Source of the DNA: an uncultured Planctomycetaceae bacterium
GTDB taxonomy: Bacteria > Planctomycetota > Planctomycetia > Pirellulales > Thermoguttaceae
Length of the DNA stretch: 53,064 nt
Assembly: GCA_964505295.1 (NCBI GenBank)
Contig: CAZDHR010000002.1
Coordinates: forward strand, 1 to 53,064
Direction: 5' to 3'
Shown here: piece after piece, positions 1-10,200 of the stretch
How the letters are laid out: each line of letters opens with the position of its first letter
How positions within the stretch are numbered: the first letter of the stretch is position 1
Notes under the pieces: generated by a model
What the model saw: only the letters and a program-made list of their open reading frames with translations
The model's database searches: none
What the model was told of the DNA's origin: nothing
Position numbers and translations under genes: made by a program

Positions 1-202
1 CCTCTTTTCCATTTTCCCTCTTCTTACATCTACTTCAGATGGCTGAGCAGATACGGAAATAATAAGTTGACCAAATTGGGTGACACGCCCTGAGAAACGA
101 AGGGGGGCTGAGTTCGCAAAGCACGCCCTTCGCCCCGTTTCACTTCATCCTACCGCAGCGGGCACCGCTTTGGAACGTCTGGTCCCTTGCAGGTGGACCG
201 GT

Positions 203-230
203 GCCGGCGAACGTGCAAGCACGTGCCGGC
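203..230. other. Imperfect palindrome/hairpin GCCGGC-GA-ACGTG-CAAG-CACGT-GCCGGC
   Basis: Read directly: 6-bp outer stem (203-208/225-230), 2-nt bulge, 5-bp inner stem (211-215/220-224), 4-nt loop. Lies ~240 nt downstream of the stop of the 467-5137 gene. No U-tract follows, so function is unknown. Confidence 0.3.
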
Positions 231-466
231 TCGTGGGGACTGCGTTGAGGCGATCATGCCGCGGGGTCCGGCGCGTCGCTGCAAACTGTTGCAGCACTTG
301 ACGTTGCGTCGACACGCTTGATTTGGGTGGCGGCCCGACTGCCCGTCGGAGAGACGCGGCTTGGGACAACTGTCGGAGGCTGGGAATGAGCCGAACGGCG
401 GGTGCCTGGTGCGACGCGTATCGGGTGCCGCGTGCTCGTCCGCATCGGTCGGCAACCGCGCGCGGC

Positions 467-3400
467 TCAGAGCTCGGTCCACGGGCCTTGGGTCTGGAGC
501 ACGAAGTCGATCGATGCGACGTGCTTCGTGTCGGTCCCACCTTGCGATGAGGTCGCCGATACCCGAGCGAAGTCATACGCCCAGACGCTCAGGTCGGCGT
601 TGAACAGAGCGGCCGTACTGCCGGAAGCCTCCAGGTGGTCGTCGCCCGCCGAGTCGTACAGGTAGGCTCGGTCATATCCGCCTGCACCGGCGTAGGCCTC
701 GACACTCTCGAACGAGACGGCGCGGTGATAGAATCCGTAGCCCCAGATCTTGGCGTAGTCGGGCGTGGCCACGAATCGATCGTCACCGGCCGAGTCGTAC
801 AGATTGACCGTGTCGTTGCCGCCGGCCGTCGCGTAGGCCTCGACGTAGCGGAACCCCACGGCGCGATTGGAGAACCCGGTGCCATACAGCTTGCCGTCGT
901 CGGGCGTGCCCACGAACACGTCGTCGCCCGAGGAGTCGTACAATTTGGCCAGGTCGGTGCCGCCGGCCGTCGCGTAAGCATGGACGTAGCGAAACGCGAC
1001 GGCGAGATGGTAGAACTCGCTGCCGTAGATCTTGGCGTAGTCGGGCGTAGCCACAAATCGATCGTCGCCGGGCGAGTCGTACAGCCTGGCCTCATCGTTG
1101 CCGCCGGCCGTCGCGTAGGCAAGCACATAGCGGAACGCCACGGCCCGATTGTAGAACCCGTCGCCCGAGAGCGCGGCGTCATCGGGCGTGCCCGTGAAGA
1201 GGTCGTCGCCGGCCGAGTCGTACAGCCGGGCCAGGTCGCTGCCGTCCCCGGTTGCGTAGGCGTGGACCTGATCGAATGACACGGCGCGATTGAAGAACGC
1301 GTAGCCGTAGAGCTTGGCCTCGTCGGGCCAGGCCCTGAATTGGTCGTTGCCGGTCGAGTCAGACAGTGTGGCCACATCGCTGCCGCCGGCCGTCGCGTAG
1401 GCGTGGACCCAGCGGAATCCCACGGCCCGGTTGAAGAACCCGTCGCCGTAGAGCTTGGCCTCGTCGGGCGTGGCCACGAAGTCGTCGTCGCCGGCCGAGT
1501 CGTACAGGGCGACGACGTCGTTGCCGCCGGCCGTCGCGTAGGCATGCACCTGGGCAAACGACACGACGCGGTTGAAGAAGCCGTCGCCGTAGAGCTTGGC
1601 GTACTCGGGCGCGGCCATGAAGGAGTCGTTTCCGGCCGAATCGTACAACTCGGCGACGTCGGTGCCGCCTTCTCTGGAAAAAGCATGCACCTGGCCGAAA
1701 GCGTAAAGTTGGTTGTCGAACCCATCGCCGTAGAGTCGGGCGTGCGTCGTGGTCGCGACGAAGGTGTCGTCGCCGGCCGAGTCGTAGAAACACCCGACGT
1801 CGTCTCCCCCCTGTCCCATGACGGTGACGTCGGCCGTGTTGGCCACCGCGACCTCATACCCGGGACCGCTCAGGGTGGCCCGGGACGGGTGCAACACGGC
1901 GGTATCCGCGCCGGCGGAGCCCAGGAGGACGGCCGCATCGTCGCCCGCCCCGCCGTCGAACTCGAAAGAGCTGACCGCCGAGACCTGGAACTCGTAGTGG
2001 ACGCCGTTGATGGTCACCTGGTGCCACTCGCCGGCCGCGAATTCGAGGCGGTCGTCGCCGTCGGTGCCGTAGACGGACACGCCGGCGCCGTCGTAATGGA
2101 CCAGGTTGGCCAGGCGCAGGTCCACGTCGGCGGCGTCGCCGGTGACGCTCAAGTAGAACGTCTGGCCGGCGTCGACGTCCCAGTCGATCCGCTCGCCGCC
2201 GTCGCTCACGGTCGACGCGGCCAACTCGTTGCGGTCTGCGTCGTAGAGCCGGACCTCCAGGCTCGCGGCCTCTTGGAAGAGGGCTTCGATCGTCAAGTAG
2301 CCCTGCCGGGCCGTCTGGCAACTATACCAGTGCTCGGCGCCGGCCAGGTTCAGGTCGGCGATCTGGAGGAAATCGACCTCGCCCAACTCGGTGGCGGGCG
2401 TCGCTTCGCTGGCCAGGAAATCGACGCCCTGGACCGTCTCGCCCTGCTGGACGCTGACGACTTGGACGCCGTCGACCGGGTTGGTGTGCTCCCAACCGGA
2501 CGACAACGCGTGGCGAACGCGGTAGGTGCCCTCGGGCAAGTCGGTGAACACGAACGTGCCGTCGGCGCCGGTTTGCGTGTACGGCTCGTCAAACGCGATC
2601 TCCAGCGACCAGGCGTTCAAGGTGCCGGTGTCGGCGGTCATCGTGTCGGTGATCTCGAGCGTCCACGTGCCCGTGGCGAGCTCGCCGTCGAACCTCGACA
2701 ACCGGCCTTCCGGGCGGAAGGTTCCCGAGAAGGGAGCGGCGGCATCGGCAATCGAGGTGCCGGCTTCGTCGTCGAGCGTCGTGTCGGTGAAGTTATCGCC
2801 CCAGCTCCCCACGTTGGTGAACAGCTCGACTTTGGTCCCCGAGGGGCTGACGAGGTAGACTTTCAGGTCGCCGTCGTAAGTGTGCGTGATGTCGAGGGTT
2901 ACGTTGACGTCGGCGACCCGGGCCCCGCTGGCGATTAGCAGCGAGGAGGTCACGGTCGTGTTGTCCACGACGTCGACCGGCACGTCGTTCGACGCCACGG
3001 TGATCGTGCCGACGTCGAGCACGCCGTTATCGTTGAGATCGAGGAACACGGTCTCGCCGACGAGGACGGCCTCGCCCGGTTGTTGCTGGCCGTCGCCGTT
3101 GACGTCCTCCACGAGGACGCCTTCGATCTCGCCGTTGGTGACGGCGTCTTCTCCGATCTGAAGCGGGGTCTCGGGGTCGCCGAACAGGTTGGTTTCGAAG
3201 TGAATCCAGCGATACACCCCCGTGGAGCCGACGCGAAACAGACTGTCGTCCTTCGAGTCCTGATTGGCCTCGCCGAGGTGGGTCAACCCCTCGTTGAACG
3301 CGGCGTCCCAGAACTCCAGGGCGTAGTGGTGGCTTGCGCCGGGCGTGTCGCCGGGCACGTACCAGCCGTATCGCGAGTTCATCACCACGCCGAAGGCACC

Positions 3401-5137
3401 GTACTCGGCGACCACGTGCTGCTCCGCGATCGACCGATCGTGCGTATCGAACGACCCGGACATGCATCCCTGCGAATACATGAAGTAGGGATCCGTATTC
3501 GTCAGGCTGGCGACGGTCGAGTTCACGAGTCGCGCGTTGTACGTTTCGTTGGCGTGGCCCAGGTGGTTCACCAGGTGGGGACTGTCCTGCAAATCGCCGG
3601 CGAATTGCGAGCCGCTCCATCCGCCGTCCGAATCGTACCGCTCGATGACGGTCCAGTCCTCGGGAATGCACTGATCCGCAATGGGGATGCCAGAGTAGCT
3701 GCCCCACGTCGAGTCGTCGAGCTGCTCTCCCAACCAGACGGCCGTGGTGGCGTTGGCGTGGCCCGTGGTCTCGTACTGGATCGTCTTGGAGACGAAGTTG
3801 GCCGCCTCGGTCACGTTGCTTGTCGGGGCCCGACCGACGTAAACCTCCGCCGTCAGATCCACGTCGCCGCCGCCGGTCCCGTCGTTCGACTCGCCCCAGA
3901 GCCCGTCGCCGTCGCCGTTCCAAGTGCCTTCGAGGCAGGCGTAGTACATGTCCGTGGGCAGGCTGTACTCCACGGTGGAGCCGACGCTGGCGTAGACGCC
4001 TCGGTACGGAATCACCTCCGAATCGCCGCCGAGCAACACCCACTGAGTACCCCAGTTGGCGTAGGCGTCGGCGATGAAGTTGCGAATTCTGTCGGCGCCG
4101 TCGCCGGTCTCCGTGCCCGAGTAGTTGGCGTAGATGTACTCCGTCGTGACGATCGTGGCCGAGATTCCGCGACTGATTTTCTGGCTTGCCAGGGGCTGGA
4201 AGCTGTCTTCCAGCGCGCTGCTGGTGACGATCACGTACTCGTACTGGCCGGCCGCGGGGAGCATCGTCGAGGCGTCTTCGGAAGTCGACGCCGCCGTGGT
4301 GTAGAGGCTGATCGCCTCGGGATTGTCGACCAGCTCGATCACGCGCTCCCGGTCCGGCTCGGAGTCGCGGGGCGAAACGGCCTCGTCGGCCTCGACGGCG
4401 GCGGTCACCACCACGGAGACCTCGGAGTGGTAGATCAGAACGTCGGCGGCCGCGTCGTACTCGACGGGAAAGACCGTCAGCGTGGCCAGGTCGTAGCCGC
4501 AGAGGGTGTGGTTCGAGTATTCGACGGCTTCTTGCTGGCCGAATGAGGAAGAGACGAAGGCCACCGACTCGACGGCAAGGTCGCTCGTGCTGCTAAGAGG
4601 CACGGCCACGGGAGTTGCCAGCAACTGCACGCCCTCGGCGATGACGACGCCGGCGTCGAGGTACTGCGCGTCGATCGACGTGACTGCCATGCCTTGGGGC
4701 AGAAGGATCATCGACTCGCGGACCGGCATCAGGGGATCGCCCGTCGAGACCCAAGTCTCCTCGCCTTCCAGACTGACGATCGCGCCGCCGTCGATCTCTT
4801 CCACCGTGGGCACGCCGTCGAAGACGAATTCGAATATCGCGGTCTGGCCGTTGCCGTCTCCGCTGAACACGCCGCAGGCACCGCACGCCAACCAAGCGTC
4901 CTGGCTCGCGTCCACCGGCTGTTCAATCGCCGATGCGACGGACAGCAGGAATCGCTGCTCCAGCGGCTCGAATCGGCAGCGGCGACCGCCGCGCATCGAA
5001 GACCGGGCTCGCCCGGTCGACGGGAGCCCCGATGTTCGTCGGGGTGATTCGTTCGGATTGGCTTTAAGACGACGGGTCGTTGGGGCTACCGTGGTGCGGC
5101 TTCGACGTTGTCGGCGCATGGTAAACCTCGGGTGCAT
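467..5137 (-). CDS. Secreted gingipain-like cysteine peptidase (family C25) with P-domain, PPC-like domain and C-terminal 47-aa repeat module
   Basis: 1,556-codon ORF. Leader RCRFEPLEQRFLLS. C25-type motifs WVLLGGDSEVIPYR and TDMYYACLEG, with His in VNHLGHAN (His528, nt 3554-3556) and Cys in YSQGCMSGSF (Cys558, nt 3464-3466). P-domain-like THTYDGDLKVYLVSPSGTKVELF. Nine 47-aa repeats at the C-terminus. Start uncertain: ATG 5137 has no SD, while in-frame ATG 5119 has GAGG about 7 nt upstream. Confidence 0.85.
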   Translation of the reverse strand: MHPRFTMRRQRRSRTTVAPTTRRLKANPNESPRRTSGLPSTGRARSSMRGGRRCRFEPLEQRFLLSVASAIEQPVDASQDAWLACGACGVFSGDGNGQTAIFEFVFDGVPTVEEIDGGAIVSLEGEETWVSTGDPLMPVRESMILLPQGMAVTSIDAQYLDAGVVIAEGVQLLATPVAVPLSSTSDLAVESVAFVSSSFGQQEAVEYSNHTLCGYDLATLTVFPVEYDAAADVLIYHSEVSVVVTAAVEADEAVSPRDSEPDRERVIELVDNPEAISLYTTAASTSEDASTMLPAAGQYEYVIVTSSALEDSFQPLASQKISRGISATIVTTEYIYANYSGTETGDGADRIRNFIADAYANWGTQWVLLGGDSEVIPYRGVYASVGSTVEYSLPTDMYYACLEGTWNGDGDGLWGESNDGTGGGDVDLTAEVYVGRAPTSNVTEAANFVSKTIQYETTGHANATTAVWLGEQLDDSTWGSYSGIPIADQCIPEDWTVIERYDSDGGWSGSQFAGDLQDSPHLVNHLGHANETYNARLVNSTVASLTNTDPYFMYSQGCMSGSFDTHDRSIAEQHVVAEYGAFGVVMNSRYGWYVPGDTPGASHHYALEFWDAAFNEGLTHLGEANQDSKDDSLFRVGSTGVYRWIHFETNLFGDPETPLQIGEDAVTNGEIEGVLVEDVNGDGQQQPGEAVLVGETVFLDLNDNGVLDVGTITVASNDVPVDVVDNTTVTSSLLIASGARVADVNVTLDITHTYDGDLKVYLVSPSGTKVELFTNVGSWGDNFTDTTLDDEAGTSIADAAAPFSGTFRPEGRLSRFDGELATGTWTLEITDTMTADTGTLNAWSLEIAFDEPYTQTGADGTFVFTDLPEGTYRVRHALSSGWEHTNPVDGVQVVSVQQGETVQGVDFLASEATPATELGEVDFLQIADLNLAGAEHWYSCQTARQGYLTIEALFQEAASLEVRLYDADRNELAASTVSDGGERIDWDVDAGQTFYLSVTGDAADVDLRLANLVHYDGAGVSVYGTDGDDRLEFAAGEWHQVTINGVHYEFQVSAVSSFEFDGGAGDDAAVLLGSAGADTAVLHPSRATLSGPGYEVAVANTADVTVMGQGGDDVGCFYDSAGDDTFVATTTHARLYGDGFDNQLYAFGQVHAFSREGGTDVAELYDSAGNDSFMAAPEYAKLYGDGFFNRVVSFAQVHAYATAGGNDVVALYDSAGDDDFVATPDEAKLYGDGFFNRAVGFRWVHAYATAGGSDVATLSDSTGNDQFRAWPDEAKLYGYAFFNRAVSFDQVHAYATGDGSDLARLYDSAGDDLFTGTPDDAALSGDGFYNRAVAFRYVLAYATAGGNDEARLYDSPGDDRFVATPDYAKIYGSEFYHLAVAFRYVHAYATAGGTDLAKLYDSSGDDVFVGTPDDGKLYGTGFSNRAVGFRYVEAYATAGGNDTVNLYDSAGDDRFVATPDYAKIWGYGFYHRAVSFESVEAYAGAGGYDRAYLYDSAGDDHLEASGSTAALFNADLSVWAYDFARVSATSSQGGTDTKHVASIDFVLQTQGPWTEL
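520..1795 (-). repeat. Nine tandem 141-nt coding repeats (47 aa: LYDSAGDDxFxAxPDxAKLYGDGFFNRAVxFxxVHAYATAGGxDxA)
   Basis: The GAGTCGTACAG-like landmark recurs at ~655, 796, 937, 1078, 1219, 1360, 1501, 1642 and 1783, a period of 141 nt. Protein copies are clearly alignable and the last copy is degenerate. Confidence 0.9.
2105..2390 (-). other. PPC-like (pre-peptidase C-terminal type) beta-sandwich domain
   Basis: GEVDFLQIADL...HWYSCQTARQGYLTIEA...LEVRLYDADRNELAAS...GQTFYLSVTG. This has the PPC pattern (D-x-Y-x-F ... L-x-L-Y-D ... G-x-Y-Y-L-x-V). Assigned from memory of the family, no search run. Confidence 0.5.
2590..2965 (-). other. Proprotein-convertase P-domain-like module
   Basis: VADVNVTLDITHTYDGDLKVYLVSPSGTKVELFTNVG...FSGTFRPEGRLSRFDGELATGTWTLEITDTMTADTGTLNAWSLEI, the classic P-domain signature. 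Confidence 0.7.
3150..4250 (-). other. Peptidase C25 (gingipain-type) catalytic domain
   Basis: Runs from YEYVIVTSSALEDSF to NLFGDPETPLQ. His528/Cys558 dyad is 30 residues apart in the G-H-A-N / Q-G-C-M-S-G contexts expected for clan CD C25 enzymes. Confidence 0.7.
4940..4972 (-). other. N-terminal leader motif FEPLEQRFLLS
   Basis: Follows a ~55-aa Arg-rich N-terminus. Same motif class as VEQFEERMLLS in the giant protein (40261-40293). Confidence 0.7.
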
Positions 5138-5539
5138 ATCTCATGGTGCGTAGAATCATCGAGTCGTCGGACTGGGCAGAGACCGGCGATGCGCGCGCGG
5201 ACTTGGAACGGACGGTCTACCGACGGCTGCACGGGTGGTGAACCGAGGGCGGCCGACGGGAGCCCGGTTTTTCGGGCATTCGCGTTTGACGCACCGACAA
5301 TCAACAATGGAGCAGACTTCAATAGATGCAGACGATGCAAACTGCCTTCCCTCACGCGAGACGGGAAGCGCGTTGAGCGACGCCCAGACGAGAACCGGAG
5401 AAGTGACGGATGGGGAGAAGAGAGACGGAGTCCTCCGCCTTCAAAAGGACTATAGGTCGATTTGCCCGTGGCGTCCGAGCCCCTTTAGGGAATCCCCGGG
5501 AAACCTCCGAGGAATCCCTGTCTCACTGGGGAAGAGGCG

Positions 5540-5557
5540 GACTTTGCCGACTTTGCC
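5540..5557. repeat. Perfect tandem duplication GACTTTGCC x2 in the intergenic spacer
   Basis: Read directly (5540-5548 and 5549-5557). Confidence 0.9.
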
Positions 5558-5868
5558 GGGCACTCGCGACGGCCGGAGAGGATGGGGTCGCGGCAAAGTG
5601 GCGTTGCACCAAGGCAACCAAGTTGCCGAAACACGACGGGAGCCGAATCGGGAGGGTGCTGTCCGGAAGGGGACGGCGACGCCCCGGAAGTTCAATCCGG
5701 GCGCGTTTGGCAAAGACCCGCGCAAGCGCGTATGCACCGCCGGGGACGAAAAGTTGCCGCCTACCGGGAAGGAGAGTCCTTGCGGACGGCCGCTAAGCGA
5801 GGTTCCTCGCCCCGGCGTTCGGCGGCCAAGACGCGGATGTTCGCCGCGGCAGGGCGAGTCGCAACCTA

Positions 5869-7290
5869 TCAGTAGTCCCGGTTCATGTTCAGGATGAAAT
5901 CGACGGCGTCCGGATCCGGGTCGACGTCCTCGGTGTCGCCCAGATTGCTCCGGTCGGCGTCCACCTCCTCGAAGTCCGACACGGCGAAGTAACAGCCGAG
6001 CACCTCGTTGGACAGGCGGGCCCAGTTGTCCGCGGCCTCGAAGTGGTCGGGAGAGGTCTCGATGATCGAGTCGTGCAGGTAAGCGTGGTCATACCCGCCG
6101 GGCGTGGGCTCGGCGTCGGCGTGGCCGATCACTCGGTCGAAGTACCTTGCCCGGTTGAAGAACCCGTCGCCATAGAGCCTCGCCTGGTGGGAGTCGGCCA
6201 AAGCCTCGAACACGTCGTCGCCCGGCGAGTCGTAGAGGTGGGCCAGGTCGCCATTGCCCTGCGTGGCGTAGGCGTACACGGCATCGAACGACTTCACCCG
6301 GTTGAAGAACCCGTCGCCATAGAGCTTGGCTTCGTCGGGCCAGGCCTTGAAGGTGTCCGGCGAGGTCGGGTCATCGTAGAGCACGGCCGAGTCGCCGCTA
6401 CCCGCGGTCGAGAAGGCGTGCACTTCGTCGAACGACTTCGCTCGGTTGAAGAATCCCTTGCCGTAGAGCTTGGCTTCGTCAGGCCAGGCCTTGAGCGTGT
6501 CCGCTTCGGTCGGGTCGTCGTAGAGCACGGCCATGTCGCCGCTGCCGGGGGTCGAGAAGGCGTACACGGCGTCGAACGACTTCGCCCGATTGAAGTACCC
6601 GTCGCCGTACATCTTGGCCTGCTCGGGCCAAGCCTTGAACGTATCCGCTCCGTCCGGGTCGTCGTAGAGCCTGGCGATGTCGCCATCACCCGGCGTGGCA
6701 TAGGCATGCACCTCGTCGAACGACTTGGCCTGGTTGAAGAAGCCATCGCTGAACAGTTTGCCGAGGGTGGGCGTCGCCCAGAAGGTATCCTTGCTGCCGG
6801 CACGGTCGCGCAACACGCCCACGTCGCCGTTGCCCTGGGTGCCGTAAGCGAGCACCTGCCCGAAGGAGTAAACGCGGTTGGTGAATCCCTCGCCGCTGAG
6901 CTTGGCAAACTCGGGCGTGGCCAGGAAGGTATCGCGTCCCAGGGGATCGTCCCGGAGAATCGCGATGTCCTTTCCGCCACCGCCATCCGCCGTGACGAAC
7001 TCCGCTCCGGCGATTGCTACCACGAAGCCGGGGCCGAAGAACGCACCGTAGTCGGACCTCAGGTTGGCCGTCTCGTCGGCACTGGTGCCTTGGAAGACGA
7101 CTGCGTCGATGCCCTCCCCGGCGTTGAAGCTCACGTAGTCTACGTCCGCTGCGGCGAAGCTGTAGGTCTCGCCGTTGATGAAGGCGGTATAGGCTTCGCC
7201 CTCAAGGCCGCCGGTGAAACGGAACACGTCGGTCCCCTCGGTGCCCACGATGATCACCCTCCGGCCGTCCTGCGTGACGCTACCCGGTTC
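5869..7290 (-). other. C-terminal module homologous to the C-terminus of the 467-5137 protein
   Basis: VGTEGTDVFRF...INGETYSF...FNAGEGIDAVVFQGTSADETANL...GGGGKD, then 48-aa repeats, ending DAVDFILNMNRDY. It parallels YGTDGDDRLEF...INGVHYEF...FDGGAGDDAAVLLGSAGADTAVL...GQGGDD, then 47-aa repeats, ending ASIDFVLQTQGPWTEL. Confidence 0.85.
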
Positions 7291-10200
7291 CCAATTGACG
7301 GTCGGGACCTCGATTCGATAGTCTTCCACCTCGCCGTCCGGGGCGGTGCCGGTGTACGGCACGTCTTGCCATGTGTTCTCGTCGTACAGCCGCACGACGC
7401 TGTCATCCTCCCAGGTCCACTGCCACGTGCTGAAGCGGAATCGGGCGTAGGTGTCTCCGGGCATTGCATCGGCCGGGACATCGAAGGTGACGTAGTTTGT
7501 GACGCTGGGGCCCGGGGCGAGCTGCACGGCGTAGCCCGTGCCGTTCGGCCCCTGCATATCCAAGTGTTCCCCGGGATCGTCCCAGTCTCCGTCCCGGTTA
7601 AAATCGATCCAGGCACTGAGCCATGCCCCCTCGGTGGTGACGTTGTCGGTAGTGACAACCTGCAACGTGAGGGGCATGCCGGGCGTGATGCCCTCCAGCC
7701 CGAACACGCCGTTCTCGTCGTCGTGGTCAGGGTCCGGGTCGGCGTCGTCCCCGGTCGCGGCTTCGCTGGGAATCCCGTCGTCCTCGACGTCCAGGCTCGA
7801 GCCGTCCGGAGCTTCCGCACCCAGGTACAGCTCCTTGTTTTGCAGATGACGGGCGCCGTTGTCGGCCAGCAAGGTCGGATAAGGCGCCGGCGCGTCGCCG
7901 AAGTCCATGTCGCCGTCGTCGTTGAGGATTGCGATCACCGCCTCGGTCTCGTCGACGGCCACGCTCTGCGTGCCGGGAGTCACCACGACAACCTGCGCCT
8001 CGGCACTGAGAACCTCCAAGAGGAAGGTCTCATCCAGTTCGACGTCCGTATCGCCGTTGATCTCCAAAGTGACCGTGAAGGTCAGCGCGGGCTCGGCCTT
8101 GGTGGCGACGAGGATCTCGAAGTCCTCGCCGTCGTGGTACCTCCAAGCCATCATTTCTTCGGAGATCTGCGGATACCAGTCGAACGCGTCGTTGTCCGAC
8201 AGGTTGATCGGGATCCGGTCGGCGCCGAACTCGTAGTAGTAGACCTCCCAATCCGTGCCGTCCCAGGTGTGCCAGACCGCGTAGTTGCCGGCCACCCGAG
8301 GATGCTCGTCGCTCAACGAGCTGTTGGAGATGTTCACGGCCGCGGCGCCCGAGGCGGCGTTGGCGACGTTGCTGTAGAAGATTTCCCAGTTCGTGCCGAC
8401 TAGGCCCTGCCAGACCACGTTGTTACCGGAGATGTGCGGATCGATGTCATCCGCGGCGTCGTCGGTGAGCTGGAACGTGGCGCCGAAACCCGTGTTGGGA
8501 TCGAACGAATGGAGGAAGACCTCGTCGTCCACCCCGTCGTCGGCGACCCAGAGGATGTTGTTGCCGTCGATCGATACGGAGTGTTCCGAGAGCGTGTTGT
8601 TGGTCACCTGGGTCTTCACTCCGGAGGCGCCGGCTTCCGCCCGGAACAGATACACCTCCAGGTCGGTGCCGTCGCTGCCGTACCAGGCGACGTTCGAGCC
8701 GGAGATTCGAGGATCGTAGTCATCGAAGTTGTTGTTGGAGATGTCCTGCGGCGCGCCGGCGGCGGCGATGTCGTAGAGGAAGATGTCCTGGTCGGTGGGC
8801 GTGTGGCCCGTCCAGGCCACATGCGAATCAGATACCTGCGGCATCTTGTCGTCGTAGTCGTTGTCCGTCAGTCGGACGGTCGTCGACGTCGTCGTTTGAG
8901 TCGTCAGGTCCGTCACTCGGGTGCACAGATAAATCTCATAGTCCCCGGCGTTCGGGTCTACGGGGTCTTCGCCCTCTGGGATACCCGCCCAGACGACGTG
9001 GATGGTCTGCGTCGTGCCCTCGGTGAACTTGTACACGCTGGCAAGTTTGTCGTCCGTGCTGTTATTGGTGAGCCGTTCAGGCGACTCCATCGTCGTGGCG
9101 TCGTACAGGAAGATCTCCCAGGTCTCCCCGACGCCGACCGGGGACTCGTAGACGAGGCTATCGCCGGAGATCTGGTAATCGTAGTCGTTGGATCGGTCAC
9201 TCGTGATCGTCTCGGTGGTCCACTCTTCCAGAGGTTGACCGTGTGGGTCAATCGTGATCGACGAGTCGACGACAGTGTGGTAATCTGCATCGCTGGGATC
9301 GGGCGCCGTCGGCCCGACGAGATCGCCGCCTCGGGCCGCGGTGGGGTCGGTATCCGGGTTGCCGGTCTGCTGGGTTTGGTACTCGATCGTGATGGGAGCA
9401 CCGAAGGACTCCGTCACCTGGAACGTGACTTCAACCGTCGTGGTCGGATCAATGCCCGAATTCCCTTCCACCACGGTCGCGTCGGCGACCGTGACGTGCG
9501 GGACCTTGTAGTTGCCGAAGTTGACGCCCGCCAGCGCCTCGCCCGAGCTTAGCTCCACGGTGTAGTAGCCGGCCTCCCGGCTATGGGAGCCGGCGTTGGA
9601 CGTCAGCCGCGTGGTTCCGGCGTCGAACGTCACGAGGTCCCCGGTCAGCGTGACGGTTCCGCCGATCGAGCTGGCAGTGATCAGGAAGGACGCGCTCGAC
9701 ACCGAATTCACGGCCGTCCGAATCGCCCTGGCCACCGTCGTTCTCGAATCGCCGGGCGTGAACGGCACCCGCACCGCCGAGGCGTTGCTTACCACGTTGT
9801 CACTATCCAACTCGAACACGACCATGGCATCGCCGTCGCCGATGGAGAAGGTTTGCCGGTCGGTGACGTTGGCCACCTGAGAAGTGCCGACGCCCGGGAC
9901 GGCGACGTCCATGCTGCCGCCGGCCAGATAGAGGTCGTCGCTGTTGGGGGCCGTCTGGAGCCAACCCGACGGAACGACTTCGTTAACCGTGTAGGACCCG
10001 TCGAACAGTCCTGGGAATTCGTAGAACCCCGTCTCGTCGACGCCCGTCGTCAACGGGTCGTCCGCCATGGTGACCGTCGACTTGCCGTCCAATTCGATGG
10101 TCACGCCGGCCAAGCCGGGCTCGATTCCCAGCGGGAGGCCGGTGCTCGGATCGAATCGGAACGCGTACTGGACGTTCATGGCGTCCAGGTCCGCCTGGCT

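Noticed and set aside
1-12. Possible minus-strand start codon (ATG at 12-10, reading MEKR... off the left edge) preceded by GAGGG
   Set aside because: Only four codons are visible and the SD spacing is just 3 nt. It cannot be supported from this window.
520-1795. Regular 141-nt periodicity (and 144-nt at 6075-6962) considered as a CRISPR array or satellite
   Set aside because: There are no alternating unique spacers. The period is a multiple of three and lies inside long ORFs. Copies are diverged mostly at synonymous or conservative positions. These are coding repeats.
467-2100. C-terminal repeats considered as RTX (GGxGxDxUx) or RHS/YD repeats
   Set aside because: The period is 47-48 aa, not 9. 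Only isolated GGAGDD-like strings occur before the repeats. The YD consensus (GxxxRYxYDxxGRL) is not met. The module is therefore treated as unassigned.
5086-5897. ORFs in the spacer between the two protease genes (5086-5355, 5235-5897, 5410-5796, 5450-5737)
   Set aside because: They overlap one another in different frames, have R/G/P/S-rich translations, and lack SD sequences and motifs.
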